DNA of 64,000 bases. Source: an uncultured Dehalococcoidales bacterium. Lineage in GTDB: Bacteria > Chloroflexota > Dehalococcoidia > Dehalococcoidales > E44-bin46. The notes below the pieces were generated by a model. The model did no database searches, was not told where the DNA came from, and was given only the letters and a program-made list of their open reading frames with translations. A program made the position numbers and the translations under genes. Positions within the stretch are counted from its first letter, which is position 1. Every line of letters starts with the position of its first letter. Shown piece after piece: positions 20,801 to 32,485 of this stretch. The stretch is taken from the NCBI GenBank assembly GCA_964627215.1, contig CAZVIZ010000003.1, positions 14,685 to 78,684 of the forward strand, read 5' to 3'.

Positions 20801-21814
20801 TTAAGCTGTTTCCTCCTCTACTTCGCAGAGAGATTCCAGACTGGTGAGCTGAGAGGGGGTGCCCATTATAATCAGCATGTCCCCGGCCTCTATGGTGGTG
20901 TCTGCGGGTGGGTTGGTTATCGGTTTGGCGTGCTTGCGATTTATGGCCAGTATGACGGCCTTGCTCTTCTTGCCCAGCTCCGCTATGGTGTGCCCTTTTA
21001 GTGGCGAATCCTTGTCGGCGGTTAGAGTCTCCAACTGCCACTCTTGGCCGCGGCGGAAGGCGACGGTGTCTATAAAGTCAGCCACCGCCGGACGCAGCGC
21101 CAGCATGGCCATGCGGCGGGCTCCGATGTTGGAGGGGAGCACGACGCGGTTGGCGCCGGCGCGCTCTAGCTTGGTGGCGGCCTCCTTGTTGCTGGCCCTG
21201 GCCTCTATGAACAAGTTGGGCCTTAAGCCCCGCGCTGAGAGCGTTATATAGGTGTTGTCCACGTCGGCGCCCACGGCGGCTACCAGCCCCTTGGAGCGTT
21301 CCAGTCCGGCCTCAAGTAGCACCTTGTCGGTGGTGGCGTCACCCAGCATACATAGGTAGCCCTGCGCCTCCGCCATGGCGAAGTTATCGTGACGGCTGTC
21401 TATAACCACGAATTCCACGCCCTCGTCCTTAAAGACGCGGGATATCTCCTCACCCACTCGGCCGTAGCCGCAGAGGATAATATGGTCCTTCAGTTTGGCT
21501 ATCTTGGCATTCATCTGTCGCCTCCTCCGGGTGATGCCCAGGTTTCCCTCTACTATGTATTCTATAAGTGCGGTCAGGGTGAACAGCCCCCCACCGACCC
21601 CACCCACGATGAGGAATATGGTGAACAGCTGTGCCGTGTGGGATAGTGGGCCGACCTCGCCGTAGCCCACAGTGCTTATGGTGATGACAGTCATGTAGAC
21701 AGCGTCTAGAGCGCTCCAGCCCTCTATAGCCATGTAGCCGATTGTGCCGGCGGCCACGATGCTGCTCAGTATGATAAGCCCCCGGCGTAGCCTTTTCTGT
21801 GAGCCCATGTTCAC
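20801..21814 (-). CDS. Potassium channel protein with TrkA-N/TrkA-C (RCK) domains
   Basis: Filter TISTVGYGE, GYGRVG Rossmann motif, C-terminal RCK-C. Confidence 0.93.
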   Translation of the reverse strand: MNMGSQKRLRRGLIILSSIVAAGTIGYMAIEGWSALDAVYMTVITISTVGYGEVGPLSHTAQLFTIFLIVGGVGGGLFTLTALIEYIVEGNLGITRRRRQMNAKIAKLKDHIILCGYGRVGEEISRVFKDEGVEFVVIDSRHDNFAMAEAQGYLCMLGDATTDKVLLEAGLERSKGLVAAVGADVDNTYITLSARGLRPNLFIEARASNKEAATKLERAGANRVVLPSNIGARRMAMLALRPAVADFIDTVAFRRGQEWQLETLTADKDSPLKGHTIAELGKKSKAVILAINRKHAKPITNPPADTTIEAGDMLIIMGTPSQLTSLESLCEVEEETA

Positions 21815-21908
21815 ATGCCCCTTTTAAAGGTGCTATTGGGGCACATTATACCCTATAATTGGCTTTAAGTCCTGCCCTTGCTGTGCTACCATTGCCCCGG
21901 GAGCCTTC

Positions 21909-23018
21909 GTGGAGAAGAACACAGTTGATATGAGGTTGAAGCCCATCGGGGTGGTGAGAACCGTAACCCCCCCCATCCCCCAGCCCAACGAGTTCAAGAC
22001 CGTGCGCGACCTTATCCTGGACGAGTCCCTTGAGCCTTCCCTTGAGGGCATAGAGGGCTTCTCCCATGTTGTGGTTCTCTACTGGATGCACCTCATCCCC
22101 GCGGGGGAGGTGCCTGCGAAGGTGCGTCCCATGGGCAGGAGGGACTTTCCGCTGGTGGGTTTGTTCGTCACCCGCTCCCCCAAGCGCCCCAATCCTATAG
22201 CAATCACCACGGTGCGGCTGGTGGATCGGCGCGGCAGCACCCTGCGGGTGGAGGGGCTGGATGCCATGGACGGCTCGCCTGTTATAGATATAAAGCCCTA
22301 TATCCCCGGCTACGACTCCGTGGATGGTGCTACTATGCCGGGGTGGTTGGCCCGCGCCTTTGATGTCAGTCGGACCTTCCAGGAAGTCTACAAAAGGCTA
22401 ATTGACCGCTACGGCCCCCAGGGATGGTGGCCCGCCGACGGGCCGCTGGAGATGATAGTCGGCGCCATACTCACGCAGTCTGCGGCCTGGGACAACGTAG
22501 AAAAGGCCCTTAACCGCCTTAAAAAGGCGGGGGCGCTCTCGGCGAGTGCCATAAGGCAGATGCCGCAGAACGAGCTAGCCGCCTTAATCCGCCCTTCGGG
22601 GTACTATAACGCTAAAGCCGCCAAACTGAAGGCCTTTGCGCGGTGGCTGGGCGACGAGTATGGGGATGACCTGGCTCGGTTGTGGGCGCTTGATGCCAGC
22701 GAGCTCCGCCGTCGGCTCTTGGCCGTGCACGGCATCGGGGAGGAGACCGCTGACTCCATAATCCTCTACGGGGCGCATAAGCCCGTCTTCGTCATAGATG
22801 CCTATACGCGCCGCATAGTGGATCGTCTCGGCCTCTCCCCCGGTGGCGATAGCTACTCGGACTATCAAAGCCTTTTACAGCACTCCATACCCACAGACGT
22901 GCCCCTGTATCAGGAATATCATGCCCTGCTTGTGAGGCTGGCCAAGGAGGTCTGCCGCCCCTGCCCCCTATGTGCGGAGTGCTGTCTTAAGGCCCTCTGC
23001 CCTAGCGCAGCAGGCTGA
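21909..23018 (+). CDS. Fusion of TsaA/TrmO-like SAM-binding domain and HhH-GPD (endonuclease III-related) DNA glycosylase
   Basis: aa 1-150: LKPIGVV, GFSHVVVLYWMH, GLFVTRSPKRPNPI, LDAMDGSPVIDIKPY. aa 153-369: GPQGWWP, GAILTQ, GIGEETADSI, VIDAYTRR, C-terminal Cys cluster. Confidence 0.88.
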   Translation: MEKNTVDMRLKPIGVVRTVTPPIPQPNEFKTVRDLILDESLEPSLEGIEGFSHVVVLYWMHLIPAGEVPAKVRPMGRRDFPLVGLFVTRSPKRPNPIAITTVRLVDRRGSTLRVEGLDAMDGSPVIDIKPYIPGYDSVDGATMPGWLARAFDVSRTFQEVYKRLIDRYGPQGWWPADGPLEMIVGAILTQSAAWDNVEKALNRLKKAGALSASAIRQMPQNELAALIRPSGYYNAKAAKLKAFARWLGDEYGDDLARLWALDASELRRRLLAVHGIGEETADSIILYGAHKPVFVIDAYTRRIVDRLGLSPGGDSYSDYQSLLQHSIPTDVPLYQEYHALLVRLAKEVCRPCPLCAECCLKALCPSAAG

Positions 23019-23088
23019 TTTCCCCGGCCTGCTTTGAAAAACAAACCCCAATTGGTATAATTTTCGTGTAGATTAGGGGGGTTTATGT

Positions 23089-23823
23089 ATGATGGATATG
23101 TCAATGCTGGCCGAGAGGCTCACTAACTGGATAAGGGACAAAGCTGTCTCCGCCGGTTGCGCAGGGGTGGTGGTGGGTATAAGCGGGGGCATAGACTCCG
23201 CCGTGGCGGCGGCGCTGGGCAAGCGTGCCTTCCCTGACTCTATGCTGGGGGTGATTATGCCCTGCCACAGCGGCCCGCAGGACAAGGAGCACGCCTTAGA
23301 GCTTGCCCGGAGCCTCTCCTTGGCCACCGAGGAGGTTATCCTGGATGCCGCCTACGACGGCCTGGTGGCGGCACTCCCCGATGATGATTTAGATCCTAAC
23401 GGCCTGGTTCTGGCTAACATCAAGCCGCGTCTCAGAATGACCACCCTCTACTACTTCGCCGCCAAGCTGGGCTACTTAGTGGTGGGTGGAAGCAACCGCG
23501 ACGAGCTTAATCTGGGCTACTTCACTAAATACGGCGATGGCGGGGTGGATCTATTCCCCCTGGGCAACCTGGTAAAGTCCCAGGTTAAGGATCTGGCCCG
23601 TGTCTTGGGAGTGCCTCGGTTCATAATAGATAAGCCGCCCTCGGCGGGGCTGTGGTCTGGGCAGACCGACGAGGCTGAGATGGGGCTTTTCTATGATGAT
23701 ATAGACCGTTATATTCTTACTGGCCGCGCCGATGATGGGGTTAAGGCTAAGATTGAGGCCATGATGAAGGCCAGCGCTCATAAGCTTAAGCCCCCGCCGG
23801 TGGCGGATATAGGAGATGGCTGA
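23089..23823 (+). CDS. nadE: NH3-dependent NAD+ synthetase
   Basis: GISGGIDS, NIKPRLRM, GYFTKYGDGG, KPPSAGLW.GQTDE; no glutaminase domain. Confidence 0.95.
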   Translation: MMDMSMLAERLTNWIRDKAVSAGCAGVVVGISGGIDSAVAAALGKRAFPDSMLGVIMPCHSGPQDKEHALELARSLSLATEEVILDAAYDGLVAALPDDDLDPNGLVLANIKPRLRMTTLYYFAAKLGYLVVGGSNRDELNLGYFTKYGDGGVDLFPLGNLVKSQVKDLARVLGVPRFIIDKPPSAGLWSGQTDEAEMGLFYDDIDRYILTGRADDGVKAKIEAMMKASAHKLKPPPVADIGDG

Positions 23824-24686
23824 TGGCGGCCAAGGTTCAGATAGTCACCGACAGTACCGCCTACCTTTCGGCGGAGGAGGCCGCTAGGTACGGCGTTCAC
23901 GTAATCCCGCTCAAGGTCATCTTCGGCGTCGATGCCTATGACGAGGGCATAGATATATCCAACGATGACTTCTACCGCCGTATTATGTCCTCCCACACCG
24001 TTCCCACCACCTCCCAGCCCTCCATAAGAGAGTTCACTCGTATATACTCGGAGATGGCCGCAAGCGGCCGCCCCGTGCTGTCACTTCATATCTCCAGCCG
24101 CTTAAGTGGGGCGGTGAGCTCCGCCAGGGTGGCTAGAGGGGAGCTTCCTCAGGCTGATATAGAGGTGGTGGACTCACTGTCTCTGGCGCTTCGTCTTTTG
24201 GTGCCCCCCGCCGCCCGCGCCGCCGCCGCGGGGATGCCGCTCGGCGAGCTTAAGGAGTATATAGAGCGGCTAAACAAGGCCCTTCACGCCGTGGGCGTTC
24301 TGGAGACCCTGGAGTACCTGTGGAGGGGCGGTCGCATTGGTGGGGCCAAGGCCCTGCTGGGAACAATGCTGCGCATCAAGCCCGTGCTCGCCTTCGAGGG
24401 CGGTGAGCTTAAGGTGGTGGCCAAGCCCAGGACGGTTCATAAGGCCATAGCCTCCCTGCTGGAAATCATCGGGGATCGGGTTGACGGCGACTCCCCCATA
24501 CACGCCATGGTGGTGCACAGCCATAACTCGGAGGCCGCACTGGGACTTAAGGGGGAGATAGAGGCCAAGTTTAACTGCGTCGAGCTGGGAGTAGTAGAGC
24601 TTGGGCCAGTGCTGGGGACGCATGTCGGGCCGGGGTTCTTCGGCCTTGGTTTTTACAGCGAGCGGGACTGGAAACCGCGGTACTAA
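23823..24686 (+). CDS. DegV/FakB-family fatty-acid-binding protein
   Basis: [36 protein letters not shown]. Confidence 0.93.
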   Translation: MAAKVQIVTDSTAYLSAEEAARYGVHVIPLKVIFGVDAYDEGIDISNDDFYRRIMSSHTVPTTSQPSIREFTRIYSEMAASGRPVLSLHISSRLSGAVSSARVARGELPQADIEVVDSLSLALRLLVPPAARAAAAGMPLGELKEYIERLNKALHAVGVLETLEYLWRGGRIGGAKALLGTMLRIKPVLAFEGGELKVVAKPRTVHKAIASLLEIIGDRVDGDSPIHAMVVHSHNSEAALGLKGEIEAKFNCVELGVVELGPVLGTHVGPGFFGLGFYSERDWKPRY

Positions 24687-24763
24687 CTGCTGCCGCCGTG
24701 CCCCTCCGCCCCCCTTACATTTGCTTGTTTGACATATCCCTTTATGCTATCATTGTGGGTAAG

Positions 24764-25783
<1,020 letters not shown>

Positions 25784-25864
25784 TATACACGTTATTTATA
25801 ATTTTAATAACTTCGTTCCAGCATAATCGACGAATAGCTGGCGTATAGCGTTTTGTAAAGGCTG

Positions 25865-25894
25865 AGGCTTTAAGGGCTTCGGCCTTGCCTTTTT
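25865..25894 (+). terminator. Hairpin/terminator between recA and recX
   Basis: AGGC-ttt-AAGGGC-TTCG-GCCTT-GCCT-TTTT. Confidence 0.5.
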
Positions 25895-25905
25895 ATGGAG
25901 ACGTT

Positions 25906-26526
25906 TTGAGCAAGATAACCGCAATAAGGGCGGCTCGGGGGAGAGGGAAACGGGCCCGCGTCTTTCTGGACGAGGGGCATGCCCTTACACTCACCGCCGC
26001 CGTGGTGCTGGAGGAGGGGTTGAGCGTGGGACAGGAACTCACCGCCGCGCGCATTGAGGGACTTTTGGGCTTTGACAGCGTCAGGCGCTGCGTGGATTCC
26101 GCGCTTAGGCTGCTGGACTACCGCCCCCGTAGCGAGTTTGAGCTTGAGACCAGGCTAAAACGGCGCTTCGATGACGAGGTCGTGAGAGCGGCGCTTAAGC
26201 GGCTTAAAGAGCGGAGCCTGGTGGATGATGCCGAGTTCGCTCGCTTCTGGAAGGATAACCGGGAGTCCTTCAGCCCCCGCAGCCGTCGCCTGGTAGGGCT
26301 GGAGTTGAGGCGGAAAGGGGTGGATGGGGGTACCATAGACGGCGTGCTACGGGATATGGATGACGAAGAAAACGCCTACAGGGCTGCTATGGCCAAGGGG
26401 CGTAACCTTTCGCGCGATGACTACGGGGAGTTCCGCCGCAAGCTGGCGGGCTATCTAGCCAGGCGTGGGTTCGGCTACGGGGTTATAACCCGTGTCGTGG
26501 AACGTGTGTGGGGGGAGAATGTATAG
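25906..26526 (+). CDS. recX: Regulatory protein RecX
   Basis: ALRLLDYRPRSEFEL, DDAEFARFW, ELRRKGV, YLARRGF; TTG start after GGAG. Confidence 0.92.
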   Translation: MSKITAIRAARGRGKRARVFLDEGHALTLTAAVVLEEGLSVGQELTAARIEGLLGFDSVRRCVDSALRLLDYRPRSEFELETRLKRRFDDEVVRAALKRLKERSLVDDAEFARFWKDNRESFSPRSRRLVGLELRRKGVDGGTIDGVLRDMDDEENAYRAAMAKGRNLSRDDYGEFRRKLAGYLARRGFGYGVITRVVERVWGENV

Positions 26527-26555
26527 GGCTTTAAGTCAGAAAGTGAGGTGAAAAA

Positions 26556-28106
26556 GTGGACTTTGATGTGTCAACGGTTAATGTTATTACAATAGCCTTT
26601 AGTTTCCTCATCGGTGGTGGGGCTGGGGCGGTGGGGATGTATCTCTTCCGCCGTGCCCACATCAACCGGCAGATGCGTCAGGCGGAGAGGAAAGCACTGA
26701 AGCTCAGCTCTGAGGCCGAAGTCAAGGCCAAGGTCATGCTCCGTGATGCCAAGCAGGAGGCTGACAGGTTCAGGACGGAGGTGGACAAGGAGAACCGCGA
26801 GCGGCGCTCCGAACTCCAGCAACGTGAGAACCGCCTATCCCAGAAAGAGGCCACGTTGGAGCATAAGCTTGAAAGCGTGAACCAGCGAGAGCAGTCCCTG
26901 GGCAGCAAGGAGAAGGAGATAGAGAATACCCGTACCCAGCTTAGGGAGGCTAGGGACAGGGAGCTGAAGCAGCTTGAGATTATCTCCGGGCTCTCCAGTG
27001 CTGAGGCCAAGCAACAGCTCTTGGATGCCATGGAGGTGGAGATGAGCGAGGAGGCCTCGCGGCGCCTTAGGGAGTGGGAAACCGGCCTCAAGGAGGAGGC
27101 TAATAAAAAGGCGCAGGATATCCTATCCCAGGCTATACAGCGATCTGCCTCGGATGTGGTATCCGAGATAACCACAGCTATCGTGCCCCTGCCCAACGAT
27201 GAGATGAAGGGTCGTCTCATCGGGCGTGAGGGCCGCAACATCAGGGCACTGGAGCAGGCCACCGGCGTGGACCTGGTTATTGACGATACGCCGGAGGCGG
27301 TTACCCTGTCCAGCTTCGACCCCGTTCGGAGGGAGGTGGCTCGGGTGGCCTTGAATAAACTTATAGTGGATGGGCGCATTCACCCCGCCCGCATAGAGGA
27401 GGTGGTGAACAAGGCCAAGGAGGAGGTTGACGCCACTATATATAGCGCTGGCGAGCAGGCGGCCTATGAGGTGGGCATACACGGCCTGCACCCCGCACTA
27501 ATCAGGCTGATGGGGCGGCTTAAGTTCCGCACCAGCTATGGGCAGAACGTGCTCCACCACTGTGTGGAGGTTTCCTTCCTGGCTGGCATGATAGCCGCCG
27601 AGGTAGGGGCAGATACCGCCATCGCTAAGAAGGCGGGCTTCCTACACGATATCGGCAAAGCGGTGGACCGCGAGGTGGAGGGTAGCCACGCCGCCATCGG
27701 TGCCGACCTGGTCAAGCAGTGGGAGAAGTCCCCCGAGGTGATCCAGGGGGTCGCCGAACACCACCTGGAGACGGAGAGCGTGGGGCTGTGGGGCTTCCTC
27801 GTCTCCGCTGCGGACGCCATAAGCGGCGCCAGGCCGGGCGCTAGGCGCGAGTCCCTGGAGAACTACCTGAAGAGGCTCAAGGCACTGGAAGACATCGCCG
27901 ATACCTTTGAAGGTGTGGATAAATCCTATGCCATACAGGCCGGCCGTGAGATACGCGTCCTGGTGAAGCCTGAGGAGGTGGACGACCTTGCGGCGATGCG
28001 CGTGGCGCGTGATATAGTTAAGAAGATAGAGGAGAACCTGGACTACCCCGGGCAGATTAAGGTCACCGTGCTTAGGGAGACCAGGGTGGTGGACTTCGCC
28101 AAGTGA
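26556..28106 (+). CDS. rny: Ribonuclease Y
   Basis: N-terminal TM, coiled coil, KH ([14 protein letters not shown]), HD (LHDIGK), ARPGAR. Confidence 0.97.
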   Translation: MDFDVSTVNVITIAFSFLIGGGAGAVGMYLFRRAHINRQMRQAERKALKLSSEAEVKAKVMLRDAKQEADRFRTEVDKENRERRSELQQRENRLSQKEATLEHKLESVNQREQSLGSKEKEIENTRTQLREARDRELKQLEIISGLSSAEAKQQLLDAMEVEMSEEASRRLREWETGLKEEANKKAQDILSQAIQRSASDVVSEITTAIVPLPNDEMKGRLIGREGRNIRALEQATGVDLVIDDTPEAVTLSSFDPVRREVARVALNKLIVDGRIHPARIEEVVNKAKEEVDATIYSAGEQAAYEVGIHGLHPALIRLMGRLKFRTSYGQNVLHHCVEVSFLAGMIAAEVGADTAIAKKAGFLHDIGKAVDREVEGSHAAIGADLVKQWEKSPEVIQGVAEHHLETESVGLWGFLVSAADAISGARPGARRESLENYLKRLKALEDIADTFEGVDKSYAIQAGREIRVLVKPEEVDDLAAMRVARDIVKKIEENLDYPGQIKVTVLRETRVVDFAK

Positions 28107-28116
28107 GGCAAGCGCC

Positions 28117-28890
28117 GTGAAAATACTGGCCATCGGTGATATTGTAGGCAAGCCTGGGCGGAGGGCAGTACGAGAGTTTCTGCCTGGGCTGCGCCAGGAA
28201 TACGGGCTGGATACGGTCATCGCCAACGGTGAGAATGTCGCCGGCGGCCTGGGCCTGACACCGTCCACGGCCAGGGAGCTTCTGGACGCCGGTGTGGACG
28301 TCATCACCTCAGGTAACCATATCTGGGCGCAGAAGGAGATCATCCCTTACCTGGAAGACGGCGACTTGCCCATACTGCGGCCGCTTAATTATCCGCCCAT
28401 CGTCCCCGGCAGGGGCTACATTATAGACGGCGATGTGATGGTGGTAAACCTCATCGGCAGGGCCTTTATGTCCAGCTACGACTGCCCCTTCCGTGCCATG
28501 GACGCCCTGCTGGAGGAGGTTCAGGACAGGCCCCCCGTGGTAATAGTGGACTTTCATGCCGAGGCTACCTCGGAGAAGATGGCCCTGGGGCGCTACCTGG
28601 ATGGTAGGGTTAGCGCCGTCCTGGGCACTCACACCCACGTTGGCACCATAGACGCCCAGGTCCTGGCCGAGGGCACCGCCTACGTGACCGATATCGGCAT
28701 GACGGGTCCGGAGGACTCCGTAATCGGCGACGACACCGACTCCGTCCTGGAGCGTTTCCTGACCATGATGCCCCACCGTCTGACCGTGGGCGACGGTGTG
28801 CCGGTGCTTAACGCGGTTCTGGTTGACGTGGACGTGGCCAGCGGCAGGGCAGCGGGCATATCACGTATAGTCAGGGGGATTGAGCGCTAG
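28117..28890 (+). CDS. ymdB: YmdB/TIGR00282 metallophosphoesterase
   Basis: IGDIVG, ANGEN, TSGNH, DFHAEATSEK, GTHTHV. Confidence 0.93.
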   Translation: MKILAIGDIVGKPGRRAVREFLPGLRQEYGLDTVIANGENVAGGLGLTPSTARELLDAGVDVITSGNHIWAQKEIIPYLEDGDLPILRPLNYPPIVPGRGYIIDGDVMVVNLIGRAFMSSYDCPFRAMDALLEEVQDRPPVVIVDFHAEATSEKMALGRYLDGRVSAVLGTHTHVGTIDAQVLAEGTAYVTDIGMTGPEDSVIGDDTDSVLERFLTMMPHRLTVGDGVPVLNAVLVDVDVASGRAAGISRIVRGIER

Positions 28891-29735
28891 TGTCGCTGGT
28901 GGACCTACATATCCACTCCACTGCCTCCGACGGTAGCATGTCACCCGCCGATATCGTGCATATGGCGGCGGGACAAGGCATGAAGGTTATCGCCCTCTCC
29001 GACCACGATACCGTGGCCGGCGTCCACGAGGCACTGGAAGCGGCGCAGGCGTTCCCCGACCTCAGGGTTATACCATCGGTGGAGCTAAGTACCTACGCCC
29101 CCGGTAGCGAGGTCCATGTTCTGGGCTATTTCGTGGATTATGAGAGCCGCGAGTTCACCCGGCGGCTTAGCGTCATGAAAGATGGCCGTCGTGACCGCGC
29201 CCGGGCTATTATCGCCAAGCTCTCAAGCCTGGGGCTTCCCATCGATTTCCAGCGTGTGGATGAGATAGCCGCCGGCTCCATCGGGCGGCCGCACATCGCC
29301 CAGGCTATGGTGGAGAAGGGCTATGTGGAATCCGTCTCCCTCGCCTTTGAGAAGTATCTGGCTCGCGGCCTGCCGGGCTATGTGGAGTGGAAAAAGATAT
29401 GCCCCGCCGAAGCGGTGAATCTGGTGCTGGAGTCGGGTGGGCTGCCGGTGCTGGCGCATCCCTTCACGGTGGAGAACGCCGAGGCGCGCATAGTAGAGCT
29501 TAAGGCCAAGGGGCTTGTGGGCCTAGAGGCCTACTACAGCTGCTACGCCGAGGAGGATATAGACCGTTTGTTAGCTATAGCCGACTCCAACGACCTCATC
29601 GCCACCGGCGGCAGCGATTTTCACGGCCCCGACAGCGCAGCTGGCTCCGCCCTGGGTGTTCCCGACGTGCCCCTGGAGGCCGCGGAGCGCCTAATCGCCC
29701 TGGCCCGCAGCCGCGGGCTCAAGGTCGCCGACTGA
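28890..29735 (+). CDS. PHP-domain phosphoesterase (YciV/TrpH-like)
   Basis: DLHIHSTASDG, SDHDT, GRPHIA, LAHP, GGSDFHG. Confidence 0.92.
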   Translation: MSLVDLHIHSTASDGSMSPADIVHMAAGQGMKVIALSDHDTVAGVHEALEAAQAFPDLRVIPSVELSTYAPGSEVHVLGYFVDYESREFTRRLSVMKDGRRDRARAIIAKLSSLGLPIDFQRVDEIAAGSIGRPHIAQAMVEKGYVESVSLAFEKYLARGLPGYVEWKKICPAEAVNLVLESGGLPVLAHPFTVENAEARIVELKAKGLVGLEAYYSCYAEEDIDRLLAIADSNDLIATGGSDFHGPDSAAGSALGVPDVPLEAAERLIALARSRGLKVAD

Positions 29736-29793
29736 CCCCTCTTTATTAACACCCTGACCTGGTGTATTATATTACCTAATCGGGCGATAAGAG

Positions 29794-30282
29794 ATGAAGT
29801 GCACCTTTCACCCCAATGTGGAGACCAACCTCCGTTGCGGCAAATGTGGCAAGCCTATATGTCCTAAGTGCATGGTGGAGACACCGGTGGGCGCCCGCTG
29901 TCGGGACTGTGCCCGTGTGACCAAATTGCCCACCTTTGCCCTGGCTGCCAAGCACTACTGGCGGGCAGCACTGGTGGGTACGGGCATGGCCTTCGCCCTG
30001 GGGGCGGCCTGGTGGGGCATCAAGCTGGTGATGCCCTATATATACTTCAACTTCCTCCTGGCCGCTGGCTTCGGCTACGTTATGAGCGAGGTTATAGGCC
30101 TGGCGGTCAACCGCAAGCGGTCGCGTTGGCTGGCTGTAATCGCCGGGGTATGCCTGGTGGGGAGCTTCATGATAAGCCTGTCCCTATTCCCCGTCCTCTT
30201 CGGTGGTTTGGGGCGCTTCGGTATGCTGGACCCCCTGGCGGTGTCCCTGGGCGTCTGGCTGGCTGTAAACCGCCTGCGCTGA
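29794..30282 (+). CDS. B-box-type zinc-finger membrane protein
   Basis: CTFHP..CGKCGKPICPKC..RCRDC followed by about 4 hydrophobic segments. Confidence 0.8.
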   Translation: MKCTFHPNVETNLRCGKCGKPICPKCMVETPVGARCRDCARVTKLPTFALAAKHYWRAALVGTGMAFALGAAWWGIKLVMPYIYFNFLLAAGFGYVMSEVIGLAVNRKRSRWLAVIAGVCLVGSFMISLSLFPVLFGGLGRFGMLDPLAVSLGVWLAVNRLR

Positions 30283-30319
30283 AAGGCGCTCGTTACTCTT
30301 ATCTCAAGGAGAGACTGAT

Positions 30320-31819
30320 TTGGATATTAAGGTTATAGACGGCGATATTACAGACGTTGAGTGCGATGCCCTTGTGCTGCCACATTGGGAGGGGGAAGAG
30401 GCTTGTGAGGGCGCTCTGGCCGCCGCGGACAAGGCCCTGGATGGCGCCGTGTCCCGTCTTGTGGTGCAGGGCGAGATTAAGGGCAAGAAGAACGAGGTGA
30501 CTGTTATCCACAGCCCGCCAGGGCTAGCTGCGGCGCGGGTGGCGGTGGTGGGGTTGGGAAAACGGGACGAGGCAGATGTGGATGGGGTGCGTGAGGCGGC
30601 GGCTGTCGCCTTGCGTGTGCTCAGGGGCAAGGGGGTGCGGAGCGTTGCCTCGGCGGCCCTGGGCATTGGTTTGGATGATATCACCGCCGCATCCTCGGCG
30701 CAGGCGATGGCAGAAGGGGCGCTTTTAGGGCTTTATACCTTCCGCCGTCACATCACCAAGGAGGCGGAGCACGGAGATATAGACGTGTTGACCATAGTAG
30801 CCGACGCCGCCGGCGATATCTCCCTCATGGAGGAGGCCGTGCGCCGAGGGGTGGTGCTCGCCGAGGCGGCCAACCTGGCCCGTGATATGGCCAACGAGCC
30901 GGGAAACTTCATGACCCCTGTTGACATGGCGCGTGTCGCGGCTGAGGTAGCGCGGGACTGCGGCTTGGAGATAACCGTTATTGAGCGTGAGAAGATAGAG
31001 GAGATGGGCATGGGGGCGCTTTTAGGGGTGGCGCAGGGAAGCCGTGAGGCGCCCAAGCTCATAGTGCTGCGGTATGATGGGGGTGGTGGGGGTGGAGTGA
31101 AGCTGGCACTGGTGGGCAAGGGGGTAACCTTTGACTCCGGCGGCATCTCCATAAAGCCCTCCAATAAGATGGAGGAGATGAAGACGGATATGGCTGGCGG
31201 GGCCTCTGTAATCGCCGCTATGGGAGCCATAGCCCGCCTGGGCCTTAAGATAAATGTTTTAGGTGTGGTGCCCGCCGTGGAGAACCTTCCCGGCGGCGCG
31301 GCATTTAAACCAGGAGATGTCCTCACCGCCATGAGCGGCAAGACCATAGAGATTATAACAACCGACGCCGAGGGCAGGCTAATTCTGGCCGATGCCCTGG
31401 GCTACGCCGTTAAGGAGGGCGCCGAGTCTGTTATAGATGTTGCCACCCTTACCGGCGCCTGCTGCGTCGCCCTGGGAGACACGGTTACGGGCGTGTTCAC
31501 CAATGATGACGCCCTGGCGGAGCGCATCGCCGCCGCCGGTAAGACCGCTGGCGAGCGCATGTGGCGCATGCCTATGCCCCCGGAATATGAGGAGCAGCTT
31601 AAGAGCGACGTGGCCGACCTTAAGAACGTGGGCGGCAGATGGGGTGGAGCCATCACCGCGGCTCAGTTCCTGGCTGAGTTTGTCGGCGATACCCCCTGGG
31701 CGCACCTGGATATTGCCGGGCCCAGCCTGGCCGCGAAGGCCAGGGGCTTCGTGGTGAAGGGAGCCACAGGGGTGCCGGTGCGCACACTGGTGAACCTGGT
31801 TATATCGGCTTCCGACTAA
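30320..31819 (+). CDS. pepA: Leucyl aminopeptidase (M17)
   Basis: VGKGVTFDSGG, MKTDMAG, TTDAEGRL, HLDIAG. Confidence 0.96.
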   Translation: MDIKVIDGDITDVECDALVLPHWEGEEACEGALAAADKALDGAVSRLVVQGEIKGKKNEVTVIHSPPGLAAARVAVVGLGKRDEADVDGVREAAAVALRVLRGKGVRSVASAALGIGLDDITAASSAQAMAEGALLGLYTFRRHITKEAEHGDIDVLTIVADAAGDISLMEEAVRRGVVLAEAANLARDMANEPGNFMTPVDMARVAAEVARDCGLEITVIEREKIEEMGMGALLGVAQGSREAPKLIVLRYDGGGGGGVKLALVGKGVTFDSGGISIKPSNKMEEMKTDMAGGASVIAAMGAIARLGLKINVLGVVPAVENLPGGAAFKPGDVLTAMSGKTIEIITTDAEGRLILADALGYAVKEGAESVIDVATLTGACCVALGDTVTGVFTNDDALAERIAAAGKTAGERMWRMPMPPEYEEQLKSDVADLKNVGGRWGGAITAAQFLAEFVGDTPWAHLDIAGPSLAAKARGFVVKGATGVPVRTLVNLVISASD

Positions 31820-31837
31820 CAGAGGAGGGCGTATATT

Positions 31838-32479
31838 ATGAAAATAGAATGGCTGGGGCACTCCTGTTTCCTCATCGCATCAGATAGCGGTTTAAGAATA
31901 ATCACAGACCCCTATACCCCCGGCGGCGACCTCCGCTATGGCGCCATAGACCGGAGCGCGGATATAGTAACCATAAGCCACGACCACTTCGACCACAACA
32001 ACGCCGCCGCCGTGAAGGGAAACCCCCAGGTGGTTCAGGGAACGACGAGCGTTAAAGGTATAGACTTTCGTGCCGTGGCCTCCTATCACGATGGCTCGGG
32101 TGGGAAGGAGCGGGGGGATAACACGATCTTCTGCTTTGCGGTGGACGGCATAAGGCTTTGCCACCTGGGCGACCTGGGTCATGGCCTCAGCGAGGACGAT
32201 GCGGCCCGCATAGGGGTGGTGGACGTTCTGCTCGTGCCCGTGGGCGGCACCTATACCATAGATGCCGCCGCCGCCACCGGGGTGGTGGATGCCTTGAAGC
32301 CCTGTGTGGTCGTGCCCATGCACTACCGCAACCCTAGGTGCTCCTTTCCCATAACCCCCGTGGACGACTTCCTGCGGGGCAAGGGGAACGTAAGACGGCT
32401 GGACGGAAGCTCTGTTGAGCTTATCGCCGATAGCCTGCCCCCCCAGACCCAGATAGTGGTTATGGAGCCGGCGCTTTAA
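31838..32479 (+). CDS. Metallo-beta-lactamase-fold hydrolase
   Basis: WLGHSCF, SHDHFDH, HLGDLGH, PMHY. Confidence 0.92.
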   Translation: MKIEWLGHSCFLIASDSGLRIITDPYTPGGDLRYGAIDRSADIVTISHDHFDHNNAAAVKGNPQVVQGTTSVKGIDFRAVASYHDGSGGKERGDNTIFCFAVDGIRLCHLGDLGHGLSEDDAARIGVVDVLLVPVGGTYTIDAAAATGVVDALKPCVVVPMHYRNPRCSFPITPVDDFLRGKGNVRRLDGSSVELIADSLPPQTQIVVMEPAL

Positions 32480-32485
32480 GCCGCT

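Noticed and set aside
24687..24763. Possible LexA (GAAC-N4-GTTC) box before recA, also sought before uvrA
   Set aside because: No match found by eye
25791..25811. AT-rich imperfect palindrome GTTATT-N9-AATAAC after recA
   Set aside because: No convincing match to dif, Fur/PerR or LexA sites; single copy
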